Translations under genes and position numbers: made by a program | Shown: piece by piece, positions 10,500 to 19,909 of the stretch | Position numbering within the stretch: the first letter of the stretch is position 1 | Layout of the letters: each line of letters begins with the position of its first letter | The notes under the pieces: generated by a model | What the model saw: the letters and a program-made list of their open reading frames with translations, nothing else | Told to the model about the DNA's origin: nothing | Database searches by the model: none | IMG/VR virus record: IMGVR_UViG_3300045988_149609 | Source of the DNA: a virus | DNA: 64,000 nucleotides | Direction: 5' to 3' (one strand)

Positions 10500-12389
10500 T
10501 TAAAACACATCAAACAAATTACCTTGTTGAATACAAAGTTGATTAATAATTTTATTAGCTTCCACAATATAATATCTATAATTTATATTAATAGGAAAAT
10601 CTTTAAATTCATCAAGATTATTACAAATAGTAACACCTGATGCTTTTAACATGTTTATATAACCATATCTTCCTCCATCTTTATTTGTTCTACATTTATA
10701 TAAATAAGGGCCATTAGTAGAACAATAATAACGATTGATTCTTTGAATTATTCTATTATTGTATTCTACTTTAAAATCTTTACTTACTTTTTGATAAGTA
10801 ATAAAATCATTTAAATTTGTACTATTTCTAATAGTTTCTTCTACAGGTGTACCATTAGCAAAATAAGCATTAACAGCTTTAGGTATAATCATAGCATTCA
10901 TACCTTTACCCAAAGTTACAGAATCAATAAATAATCCTTTTTTCTTTAATAATTTAGGATCTTTACTTTTTGAATAACCTTCAACAACACCTAAATAATC
11001 ATTAATTGCAAATTGATAAAATCGTTCAAATCTATCTTCTTCAAGTTCAAGTTTAGTAAGATTCTCCCACCATTTACAAACAGCCTTAAATTGTTCTTCA
11101 TCTTTTTTCTTTCTAAGAACAAATAAGCCATCTGTATTAGCTTGAATTATTTTACAACCTATTGCTATAAGTTTTTCAGCTAACATTAATAACAATAATT
11201 GTCCATTAATTCTAATTTGCATCACAGTTTTTGGAGAATAACAAAAACTAAATTCAGATTGTAAATTGCCACTTAAACCATTAATTGATAATTTTAATGT
11301 TAGATTTTTTAATTTATTACCATTATGTTTAGCTTCAATTCTTTCATCTTTTATTCTTTTATAAACTTCAAGAAAAACTTCACCTAAATGAGGAGGATAA
11401 AATTTATATTGAATTATAAGTGAAGGATATAGTGATGCAACATCCACGTCACTTATAATTTCATCTTCATTTGCTTTAAAAATTGATGGTTTATTAACTG
11501 AATGAATACCACCTACTCCTACTGAATATTCAAGATTATCCATTAAGAAATGTTTTTCATATCCTTTTCTACCTGGAGATACTACTTGTTGTTTCATTTC
11601 TTTTAATAAATCTTGTAATATAGGTGTATCATATTTAATAAAAGGAAGTATTACATCATTAAGTGCTATTTTATCACAAGGGCTTCTTAAATCTTTAATC
11701 TCCCACCAAGTTTTATGTGTTTTTTCTAAGTATTTATATTTAATAATTTCCATACCTAGATTAACACCATCTTTGTTTAAAGCTTTTATTCCATATTCTT
11801 TTTCAATGTTTAATCTTAATTTAATATCATTTTCACATTTATCTAATAATGTAGCAGTAGATTCTACATCATTAATATTATATTTAATCATTTCAGGAAT
11901 ATCTTCATCTTTAATTGGTTTATTAAAATCACCTTCATATTCCTGCACATTATGAAATTGCATTGTAACTTGCATTTCTTTAAGTCCAACTCTCAATTTC
12001 TGTGAAAATAACATTGTTAAAAGATCTAATGTTTTATATGTTGTTCCATATTTAAATTGTTTCCATTGTTCAATATTATCTGAATTAATAATAATATCAC
12101 TTAATTTATGAATACCTTCACATATAGAATACCATTTTAAATCTTTAATAAGATTTTCATAGGACATTAAAAGATTAATGATAGGATTATCATAATGTAT
12201 ATTATTATATCCACAAAATATAATATTTTTTGATTTAAATAATTGAATTAAATCTATTATATTATTTTTTCTATGTGAACACTCAAATAACATTATATTA
12301 TTTGTTTCTGTGTTTTTAAGACAACAATGAAAACAATTAGGAAATACTTCTATATCATAAACATATACTATTAAATTATTAATTATCAT
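10500..12389 (-). CDS. family B DNA polymerase, compact phi29-like layout
   Basis: Exo I YDIEVFPN, Exo II YNNIHYDNPI, Exo III YNINDVEST, motif A DVDVASLYPSLII, motif B KLSINGLSGNLQ, motif C IIQANTDGLFV, all in canonical order in a 629-aa ORF. Confidence 0.85.
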   Translation of the reverse strand: MIINNLIVYVYDIEVFPNCFHCCLKNTETNNIMLFECSHRKNNIIDLIQLFKSKNIIFCGYNNIHYDNPIINLLMSYENLIKDLKWYSICEGIHKLSDIIINSDNIEQWKQFKYGTTYKTLDLLTMLFSQKLRVGLKEMQVTMQFHNVQEYEGDFNKPIKDEDIPEMIKYNINDVESTATLLDKCENDIKLRLNIEKEYGIKALNKDGVNLGMEIIKYKYLEKTHKTWWEIKDLRSPCDKIALNDVILPFIKYDTPILQDLLKEMKQQVVSPGRKGYEKHFLMDNLEYSVGVGGIHSVNKPSIFKANEDEIISDVDVASLYPSLIIQYKFYPPHLGEVFLEVYKRIKDERIEAKHNGNKLKNLTLKLSINGLSGNLQSEFSFCYSPKTVMQIRINGQLLLLMLAEKLIAIGCKIIQANTDGLFVLRKKKDEEQFKAVCKWWENLTKLELEEDRFERFYQFAINDYLGVVEGYSKSKDPKLLKKKGLFIDSVTLGKGMNAMIIPKAVNAYFANGTPVEETIRNSTNLNDFITYQKVSKDFKVEYNNRIIQRINRYYCSTNGPYLYKCRTNKDGGRYGYINMLKASGVTICNNLDEFKDFPININYRYYIVEANKIINQLCIQQGNLFDVF

Positions 12390-12891
12390 TTTTATTAATC
12401 TTTTTAGGATAAGCTATCCTATTATAATAATCAAGAATATAACTATATTCTTTAAAGAATGTTGTTCCTAATAATCCATGCAATGTAACACCTGTATCTT
12501 TTTTCAATATATTAAATGGTCTACTCATATCTGTTACTTGAGTAGTAGTCTTAAATTCTTTTCCTTTATAATATAAACTTAAATTACTATAAGTTGCTGC
12601 AATTGAATCACCAGATGTTCCTATAATAAGACTATCACTTCCTTCAAGTGGTGTATGAATAAGATCACAATTTACATCAATAATATTATCCATTGTACCT
12701 GTATCTAATAGAAAATTATATTTCTTATTTCCTTGATAGAATGTTACAATAGGAAGATCTGCTAAGTCAATTCCTGCTTGAAAAGACATACTATAACATC
12801 GTTCTTTTTTATTTTGATAATAATTAATAATTTGATTTATAATAAGTCCTATATTTAATAGAATAAAAGCACAAAATATATATATTACCAT
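12379..12891 (-). CDS. membrane-anchored retropepsin-like (clan AA) aspartic protease
   Basis: N-terminal hydrophobic helix followed by FLLDTGTMDNII (D-T-G-T active-site motif) and GLLGTTFF (retropepsin flap/ILG-like motif); overlaps polymerase start by 11 nt. Confidence 0.55.
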   Translation of the reverse strand: MVIYIFCAFILLNIGLIINQIINYYQNKKERCYSMSFQAGIDLADLPIVTFYQGNKKYNFLLDTGTMDNIIDVNCDLIHTPLEGSDSLIIGTSGDSIAATYSNLSLYYKGKEFKTTTQVTDMSRPFNILKKDTGVTLHGLLGTTFFKEYSYILDYYNRIAYPKKINKNDN

Positions 12892-12938
12892 ATTAATATT
12901 TAAAATCTTTTTAAAATTATTTATAATTTATTACATAA

Positions 12939-12976
12939 AAATAGGTATATAAAAATAATATTTTATATACCTATTT
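12939..12976 (-). terminator. 16-bp perfect palindrome; terminator/attenuator or protein-binding site
   Basis: AAATAGGTATATAAAA-ataata-TTTTATATACCTATTT, 8 nt after dUTPase stop and upstream of protease-polymerase operon; U-rich tail on minus strand. Confidence 0.45.
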
Positions 12977-12983
12977 ATTTTAT

Positions 12984-13523
12984 TTAATCTCCAGTACTAC
13001 CAATACCTTTTCTATCTTTATTATTAAGAGAAGTTACTTGACAAATTTCAATTTTATTACTAAACAACCATTTGATTTTTTGCCACATAGTAGCTTTTTG
13101 ACTAAGTTGTATTCTAAATTGAGCAACTCTTGTACCTGCATTAATTTCAGTACTTCTTAAGGTTATTACAGGCAATCTCCATTCATCATTATCACCACAA
13201 TAACTATTATCAATAATACCATAAGCATTAGCTTGTATAATACCCCATTTTTTAGGTGTACTACTTCTAACTACTATTACTGCTTCAAAACCTTTAGGTA
13301 ATTCCATTGCTACTCCTAATGGAAGTAAAGTAACAGGAAGTTCTACATTTCTTACTCTTGTAATAACTCCATGTTCATTCTTTTTTTCTCTTAGAACACC
13401 ACTTTGAGGAGCAGATAAAATAACATCTTTAGCTAAAGATAAGTCAATCCAATCACCTTTTTCAATAATTTTAGGTAATGTGCAATAAGTGTTTTTTCCT
13501 AACAGCTTTACTTTAATTTTCAT
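12984..13523 (-). CDS. dut: dUTP diphosphatase
   Basis: dUTPase motif 3 GIIDNSYCGDNDEW and C-terminal motif 5 DRKGIGSTGD. Confidence 0.8.
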   Translation of the reverse strand: MKIKVKLLGKNTYCTLPKIIEKGDWIDLSLAKDVILSAPQSGVLREKKNEHGVITRVRNVELPVTLLPLGVAMELPKGFEAVIVVRSSTPKKWGIIQANAYGIIDNSYCGDNDEWRLPVITLRSTEINAGTRVAQFRIQLSQKATMWQKIKWLFSNKIEICQVTSLNNKDRKGIGSTGD

Positions 13524-13535
13524 ATTATATTTATA

Positions 13536-13781
13536 TTAAATGTTTTTAATTACTTTATTATTAACTTTTTTATAAGCATCAAGATACCACTCTTCTTTAT
13601 TTCCATTATATGTAAGTTCATAATACATACCATCCATTAATGTACTTGCTATAAGATATTTCCAATTTTGTAACACTTTACACTTCCATACAATATAGAG
13701 TTTGAAATTTGGAACTAAATCATCTTTACTAAGACAATCTATTATGTAATCTTTTACTAAATTTATTGCTATATTATCCAT
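13536..13781 (-). CDS. hypothetical protein
   Basis: ORF track, 81 aa. Confidence 0.4.
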   Translation of the reverse strand: MDNIAINLVKDYIIDCLSKDDLVPNFKLYIVWKCKVLQNWKYLIASTLMDGMYYELTYNGNKEEWYLDAYKKVNNKVIKNI

Positions 13782-14002
13782 AATATAATTTTAATATTGA
13801 GTTGAACTTCTAAAATTTAAATCTAATTCTTGATCTTCTGCAATCATATAATCACAAGTATCTAGATCATAATGTTTCTCAATCCAATCTTTTTCTGAAA
13901 TATTTTGTTCTTTAAAATCAATTATATCAACACTACAATCTTCATAATTTAATATTATTATTTTAGTAATTACTAAATCCTTTAATTATTACATTACTAG
14001 CG

Positions 14003-14188
14003 TTATATTTTTCCTAAATTTTCTCTAATTTTAGTTACTTTATTATACCATTCTTTATTTACAAGATATGTACTACTACCTATATCTAAATAGTCATTGG
14101 GATTAATAAGAGTAGCATTTTCTTCAAAATTAGGTTCATCCATTATATCTTGTATTTCAGGCCAATCTACTATTATATAATCTTCCAT
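14003..14188 (-). CDS. hypothetical small acidic protein
   Basis: ORF track, 61 aa. Confidence 0.3.
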   Translation of the reverse strand: MEDYIIVDWPEIQDIMDEPNFEENATLINPNDYLDIGSSTYLVNKEWYNKVTKIRENLGKI

Positions 14189-14223
14189 ATATTTTGAAAC
14201 TTTTTTGTTATATTTTTGGTTTA

Positions 14224-14766
14224 TTATTGCAAAATTACTACTTTCTTTTCTTTTAAAGATCTTTTTACATCAATAATTCTTTGATTTGAACTACCTTTCC
14301 AATAAAGATTCAAATCTTTTTTAGATTCTTCAAATTTACCATCAATAAGAACATCAATGTAATCAAGAACTTCAGGTTCTTTTTTTAATATATCCTCATA
14401 AAGATAACCAGTCCATAACCATACAGGTTTTCTTGAATTTTTACATATTAAAAACAATCTACGTAAATTGGCTATACTATCAGCTATAAAAGCATTTGGA
14501 TAGTCTAAATTATCATTCATTAGCCAATATAAAGGATCTCCTCCTAAAATAGAAATACCATCAATTTTAGGATTATTGATACATTTAATTATATTGTCAA
14601 CTACATTAATAAATTTAGGGCCTTCTATAGGATTCCAAGTTTGAGGAGACCAACAATTTTTACAATGATTATTACATCCTGCAAGCCAGATACTACATCT
14701 TATTCCAGGCCCATTAACTACATCGTATTGTTGAAATTTTATTATATGTAACATTAGAGTTAGCAT
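14224..14766 (-). CDS. nrdG: anaerobic ribonucleotide reductase activating protein (radical SAM)
   Basis: VVNGPGIRCSIWLAGCNNHCKNCWSPQTWN matches NrdG CxxxCxxC cluster-binding signature; immediately downstream of NrdD. Confidence 0.85.
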   Translation of the reverse strand: MLTLMLHIIKFQQYDVVNGPGIRCSIWLAGCNNHCKNCWSPQTWNPIEGPKFINVVDNIIKCINNPKIDGISILGGDPLYWLMNDNLDYPNAFIADSIANLRRLFLICKNSRKPVWLWTGYLYEDILKKEPEVLDYIDVLIDGKFEESKKDLNLYWKGSSNQRIIDVKRSLKEKKVVILQ

Positions 14767-15039
14767 TTATAGTTGTTCCATCAAATGTTTTACAATATCT
14801 TTTTTACTAAGAAAATATCTTCTTTGTAGTTCTACAATATCAACCGTTGTAATAAAGTTGTTTGATGAATTATATACATCATATTGTATAATAATAGTAG
14901 TACTATCTTTATCAATTTTTCCTTTAAAATTAATTTGACCTATATGATAAGTTTTTATCTCTCCGAGATTATTTATTGCATATAGTTTATCATTAACATC
15001 ATATTTTGTATCTATTCTATATTCCATAATTTCATACAT
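14767..15039 (-). CDS. hypothetical protein
   Basis: ORF track, 90 aa, abuts nrdG. Confidence 0.4.
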   Translation of the reverse strand: MYEIMEYRIDTKYDVNDKLYAINNLGEIKTYHIGQINFKGKIDKDSTTIIIQYDVYNSSNNFITTVDIVELQRRYFLSKKDIVKHLMEQL

Positions 15040-15074
15040 TAAAATAGTCAGTATTTCTACTGACTATTATTTTA

Positions 15075-17204
15075 TTAAAAATGTTTTACGCGATTATTTA
15101 TATCTGCTATTCTTCCTTTAGAAATACCATTTGAAACAACTCCTAAATAACCACATAATCTTAAAGTGTAATATAATTTTTTTTGATTAGTTTCACCACA
15201 ATTAGGGCAAGTCATTTTACCATTATTATCTAATTGTAGTTCTCCTTCATATCCACAACTATAACATACACCACAAGAAGTAGTATTTAACTCACAATAC
15301 ATCATGTTATCATATATACATTTTAAAACATTTAGTACTGCTTCTGGATTTTTACGTATATCTGGCATTTCTACATACGAAATTGCACCACCTGATGAAT
15401 ATTCTTGAAAAGGAGCTTCAAATTTTATTTTTGAATATCCATCAATCTTATATTCTACAGGTATATGATAACTATTAGTTATATAATCTCTATCATTTAC
15501 ATACTTTTCTATAGGAAATTGTTTTAATGCATTAGCAAATTTAGTAGTAGTATTTTCAGCAGGAGTACCATATAAAGATAAAGCTAAATTATATTTTTCT
15601 TTATTTATATTAGTTCTTTCATACATATGTTTTAGTATATCAAGACCTAATTTCTGTCCTTCTTTAGTACCATATTCTATTCCAAAATGATATACACATT
15701 CTGCAATACCCATGTAACCAATAGATGCTGAACAATATCTATCTTTTATTACTTCTTTAATTTTAGTACCTAATGGAACTCTACTAAATCCACCATAACA
15801 CCAAAGTAAAGGAGCAACATCAACTTTAGTTTCACCTATTGTTTGATAAACTTTATATTGTTCTGATGAAATCAAATCAATCATATCATCTAACTTACTT
15901 AAAAAATCATTATAATCTTTAGATTCTAATGCCAAGTAAGGTAGATTAATTGATATAACTCCAATGTTATTCCTACCCCAGAATTTATACTTGCCATCTT
16001 TGTCTTTCCAAGGATGAAGGAAGCTTCTGCAACCCATGCTTGGAAAAACGTTTCCTTCTTTATATTTCTTCATAATTTTAGCTGAAATATAATCAGGAAC
16101 CATTCTTTTACAAGTACATTCTGCTGCTAGTTTAGTTACATTATAATACTTAGTATTAGGTTCTATATTATCTTTATCAAGTACAAAAATTATCTTAGGA
16201 AATGCAGGATTAATATTATTACCATTAGGCCCTTCCATTCCTTTAATTCTTTGTTTAAGTAGTTCTTTAATTAAAACTACATTTTCTTCAAGATATTCTT
16301 CATTTTCATGAATATAACAAAAAATAGTAATAAAAGGACTTTGACCATTACTAGAATGCATACTATTAAGTTGATAAAGTAATGTTTGAATACTATCCTT
16401 TATTTCTTTATCTAACATTTCATTTAGCATTCTTTCTTTATCTTCTTTTGATACATAAGGAAAAGAACTAAGATAAGTTTTATAATGATTCTTACTAATT
16501 CTTACAAAAGGTGCTAAATGAGCAGTTGTAATACTAATTCCACCATATTGTAAACTACTTACACCTAAAATTATTTGTGTAGCAATAGTAACTGCAGTTC
16601 TTAATGAATGAGGTTTATTAATTCTTTTACCATTAAGCACTGTACCATTTTGTAACATATCATCTAATGCAAGAAGGCTACAATTTGTTTCACCTTTCAT
16701 TAATCTATAATCTAAATCATGAATGTGAATAACACCTTTATTATGTAATTCAAGTAAATAAGGTGACATCATAGTTTCCTTATATATTTTTTTACAAGTT
16801 TCACCTGCAATTAAATCTCTCATTACATTAAATTGAGTTGCATCTTTATTGCCGTTTTCAGTAGATATCTCATTAGGTATACCTGTAGCTAATTCTACAA
16901 TAGTATCATAATATTTACCATTAGTATTTGTATCTCTAATTTTAGTACGTTTAATTCTATATTGTTGATAAGAATTAGCAATAGATTGATTAATTTGAGA
17001 TAGAGATTTAATAATTAAATCTTGAATTTCTTCAACTGAAATTTCTTCTTTATCAAGAGATTGAATAGCACTACTAATAGATTGTATTATATTAATACTT
17101 AATTGTCTATTATTACAATCTAAACATTTATGAATAGCATTATCTATTTTATAAGAATTAAAATCTTCTTTTCTACCATCTCTTTTAATTACATATTTAA
17201 TCAT
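15075..17204 (-). CDS. nrdD: anaerobic ribonucleoside-triphosphate reductase
   Basis: N-terminal ATP-cone (VIKRDGRKEDF), C-terminal Zn-ribbon CGVCYSCGYEG...CPNCG and glycyl-radical motif TLRLCGYLG. Confidence 0.9.
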   Translation of the reverse strand: MIKYVIKRDGRKEDFNSYKIDNAIHKCLDCNNRQLSINIIQSISSAIQSLDKEEISVEEIQDLIIKSLSQINQSIANSYQQYRIKRTKIRDTNTNGKYYDTIVELATGIPNEISTENGNKDATQFNVMRDLIAGETCKKIYKETMMSPYLLELHNKGVIHIHDLDYRLMKGETNCSLLALDDMLQNGTVLNGKRINKPHSLRTAVTIATQIILGVSSLQYGGISITTAHLAPFVRISKNHYKTYLSSFPYVSKEDKERMLNEMLDKEIKDSIQTLLYQLNSMHSSNGQSPFITIFCYIHENEEYLEENVVLIKELLKQRIKGMEGPNGNNINPAFPKIIFVLDKDNIEPNTKYYNVTKLAAECTCKRMVPDYISAKIMKKYKEGNVFPSMGCRSFLHPWKDKDGKYKFWGRNNIGVISINLPYLALESKDYNDFLSKLDDMIDLISSEQYKVYQTIGETKVDVAPLLWCYGGFSRVPLGTKIKEVIKDRYCSASIGYMGIAECVYHFGIEYGTKEGQKLGLDILKHMYERTNINKEKYNLALSLYGTPAENTTTKFANALKQFPIEKYVNDRDYITNSYHIPVEYKIDGYSKIKFEAPFQEYSSGGAISYVEMPDIRKNPEAVLNVLKCIYDNMMYCELNTTSCGVCYSCGYEGELQLDNNGKMTCPNCGETNQKKLYYTLRLCGYLGVVSNGISKGRIADINNRVKHF

Positions 17205-17209
17205 TTATA

Positions 17210-18253
17210 TTATAATTTATTAATCCATTCTTCTACATCATTAGGTTCATTAATATTTATTCCTATTGGTACTTTAGACTGATTTTTCAAATAATAATCA
17301 AGTTCATCACCTATTTCTTCAGGATCTCTCATAATTATTTGTTGATCTCTACCCATATAAAGTGTACCTATTTCAAAAGTAAAAGGACACTTCCATACCA
17401 TAGGAGTAAGACTATCTTTACATACTACTATATCAAGATAAGGTAATATAATAAAGTCTTTAAAATAATCATCTTTTCTTATATTATCTGTTAAAATTCT
17501 TGCATATAATCTGTTTTGTATTTGATAAGACCATTCAACAAATGATTTATAAAAATCCCATTCATTTTTATGAGATGTTTTTAAATCTATTGGTTGAATA
17601 GTTTTATTAGCATAATCAACTAAAATTGTATCAAACATACAACGATAATCAATATCATTTAATGTAGCTTTAAATTTTAATTGATAGTATCTTTCAATAT
17701 TATCAAAAGGATTATTTTCAGCAAAATAATATTTTGTAGTTTCACTTTCTTTTAAAGCATTAACTGCATTTTGTACATTATTATAAGTATTTGTATCAAT
17801 AATAGTTTTATTACCTGCTAAATACAATAATTGATAATATTGTTCACCTTTTTCTTTAATTACTTTAGCTCTTGTTTCAGGTTTCCAGTTAAGTTGATAT
17901 TTATATGTTTCAGTAAGATTTATAATATCTTTATTTAAAATATCATTTAAGTTTTTAATAGTACTTCCATAAAGATGATAAAGTTCTTTTATTATTTGAA
18001 CAATATTATCTGATATAGAAGGAAATTCAGCTACAAAAAATCTATTATCAAATTCTTGTTGTCCTCCTGTAATAATAGCATCTACACAACTACCAAATGT
18101 AAGAGAAGGAGATGATACTTTATCAAATAAATGTGGAATACCATTAAATCCTGTTCTCTCATATTTAGCTAATATACTGTAAGAAAGAGCTTTATCTGCT
18201 CTATATTGTTCTTCAGTAACATTCCAACTAATATCACTTAACTTCTTCTGCAT
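17210..18253 (-). CDS. RecB-family PD-(D/E)xK exonuclease (lambda-exo/YqaJ-like)
   Basis: FDTILVD ... PIDLKTSH ... YQIQNRLY: D, D-x-K and QxxxY motifs in the order typical of RecB-family nucleases. Confidence 0.45.
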   Translation of the reverse strand: MQKKLSDISWNVTEEQYRADKALSYSILAKYERTGFNGIPHLFDKVSSPSLTFGSCVDAIITGGQQEFDNRFFVAEFPSISDNIVQIIKELYHLYGSTIKNLNDILNKDIINLTETYKYQLNWKPETRAKVIKEKGEQYYQLLYLAGNKTIIDTNTYNNVQNAVNALKESETTKYYFAENNPFDNIERYYQLKFKATLNDIDYRCMFDTILVDYANKTIQPIDLKTSHKNEWDFYKSFVEWSYQIQNRLYARILTDNIRKDDYFKDFIILPYLDIVVCKDSLTPMVWKCPFTFEIGTLYMGRDQQIIMRDPEEIGDELDYYLKNQSKVPIGININEPNDVEEWINKL

Positions 18254-18749
18254 AACATTTAAATATTTCTACTGCTTGTAATATTTGTTTCTTTGTATAT
18301 ATTTCAAAATATATAGAATGTGTTCCATTTTTAACAAATTGTTCATCAAGATATTTTCTAAAAAGTTTCTTTTTTAAATAAAATGTATCATTTTCTACTC
18401 CTTTACATTCAATATAAACATTTATGTTTTTATATTTTATGAAAAAGTCTGGTGTATATTTAATACCAATAATTTTATTCTTTTTAAGAATTAATTTTTT
18501 ACTTTTTATTTCTATATCTTTACCTAAAGATAATCTTTTTTCTTGTTGCTTTTTAGTTTCTTGATCATAAAATGGAATAATGGGTTCAAATGAAGGCCAT
18601 AACTGAAAAGTTATAGGTTCATAAAGAGGATTAAATCCCAATTGGGATAAAGTACTATAACATACTTTTTCCAATTGAGATTTAAATTTTATACCATTAC
18701 TTTCACAAGAAGTAGCATTTTTAATCTTTTTGTTTTCCTTGCTCTTCAT
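18234..18749 (-). CDS. PD-(D/E)xK nuclease-fold protein
   Basis: YTPDFFIKY...VYIECKG motif (D ... E-x-K) in 171-aa ORF; overlaps neighbours. Confidence 0.4.
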   Translation of the reverse strand: MKSKENKKIKNATSCESNGIKFKSQLEKVCYSTLSQLGFNPLYEPITFQLWPSFEPIIPFYDQETKKQQEKRLSLGKDIEIKSKKLILKKNKIIGIKYTPDFFIKYKNINVYIECKGVENDTFYLKKKLFRKYLDEQFVKNGTHSIYFEIYTKKQILQAVEIFKCYAEEVK

Positions 18750-19254
18750 TCAATGTTTTTATAATTCTATCAACAATACAAATAGCTAATTCAGCTTCTT
18801 CTTTAGTCTTAAAGAAAGCTTCGTTTTGCCATCTTACAATTGAACTTGTTGATATTTTTACAGCTTGATCTTTATTTGCACTAAGACAACCAATACCAAA
18901 TACTGATTTCAATTTACGTAAATCGCAATCTCTCCATTCAATACTAATTACGCGATAAAGACAATCTTTAAATGCTTTAGGATAAATAGACAACAATTCT
19001 GTAAAGTATTCCTTTGTTTGATGTAATGACCAATTCTTTCTTATTGCTATTTTTTCCAAATAAAAATCTACAAGTTCTTGATTATCATTAATAATTACTT
19101 CTTTTATGAAACCCAATTCATTTAAATACATAATGTTTTCTAAAGTAACATTACATTCAAAACACAATCTTGCATTTGCATTCATTTCTTCATATTTAAA
19201 CTTATCTCCTACTTTAACTTCTTTACCTGTTTTTGTATTAATGTATTTCTTCAT
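18721..19254 (-). CDS. hypothetical protein
   Basis: ORF track, 177 aa. Confidence 0.45.
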   Translation of the reverse strand: MKKYINTKTGKEVKVGDKFKYEEMNANARLCFECNVTLENIMYLNELGFIKEVIINDNQELVDFYLEKIAIRKNWSLHQTKEYFTELLSIYPKAFKDCLYRVISIEWRDCDLRKLKSVFGIGCLSANKDQAVKISTSSIVRWQNEAFFKTKEEAELAICIVDRIIKTLNEEQGKQKD

Positions 19255-19909
19255 ACCAATTAATTGTTTGATTATATTTAAGTTTTAATAATTTATTTAT
19301 TTCATAAAAAATCTTACTATGCATAGGTTTATTAATTCTAGCATAGTAAGAAGGATGTCGTTCAGTAAGAATTATATTAGTTCGTTTATCAATAAATTTA
19401 CTAAAATTCTTAGCTACATTACCAAATAAGACATAAATCAATCCAGGCTCATATTTTGATAAGGAATTAAAAAAGGCAATCATAAATTGATACCAAATCA
19501 TTATATGAGACATAGGTTTATTTATTTCTACAGTTAAAGCAGAATTAAGCATTAAACAACCTTGTTTAGCCCAACTCTCTAAACTGGGGTCAAAGATACA
19601 ACTATATTTTGGTCTTTCCAAATCAATAGCTGCATTTTTTATAATTTGTAATGAAGATGATAATTTATTATCTTCAGTACTTGTTTTATTGCCAAATAAT
19701 ACACCTGTAGCAACATTAGGTTGAAAATAAGGTTCTTGACCTACAAGAATTACTTTACAATCATGTAAACTACATAATCGAAAAGCTTTAAAAACTAATG
19801 ATTTATCAGGTGTATAATTTGATTTTTTATCTAAAACATTTAATACATTTTTAAGTAGCTTTATATCAATTACTTTTAACCAATCACCAAAATATTCTTC
19901 TATTGTCAT
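19238..19909 (-). CDS. ung: uracil-DNA glycosylase, family 1
   Basis: VILVGQEPYFQPNVATGVLFG (UNG water-activating loop GQDPYH...GLxFS) and C-terminal LTERHPSYY (HPSPLS motif). Confidence 0.8.
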   Translation of the reverse strand: MTIEEYFGDWLKVIDIKLLKNVLNVLDKKSNYTPDKSLVFKAFRLCSLHDCKVILVGQEPYFQPNVATGVLFGNKTSTEDNKLSSSLQIIKNAAIDLERPKYSCIFDPSLESWAKQGCLMLNSALTVEINKPMSHIMIWYQFMIAFFNSLSKYEPGLIYVLFGNVAKNFSKFIDKRTNIILTERHPSYYARINKPMHSKIFYEINKLLKLKYNQTINWYEEIH

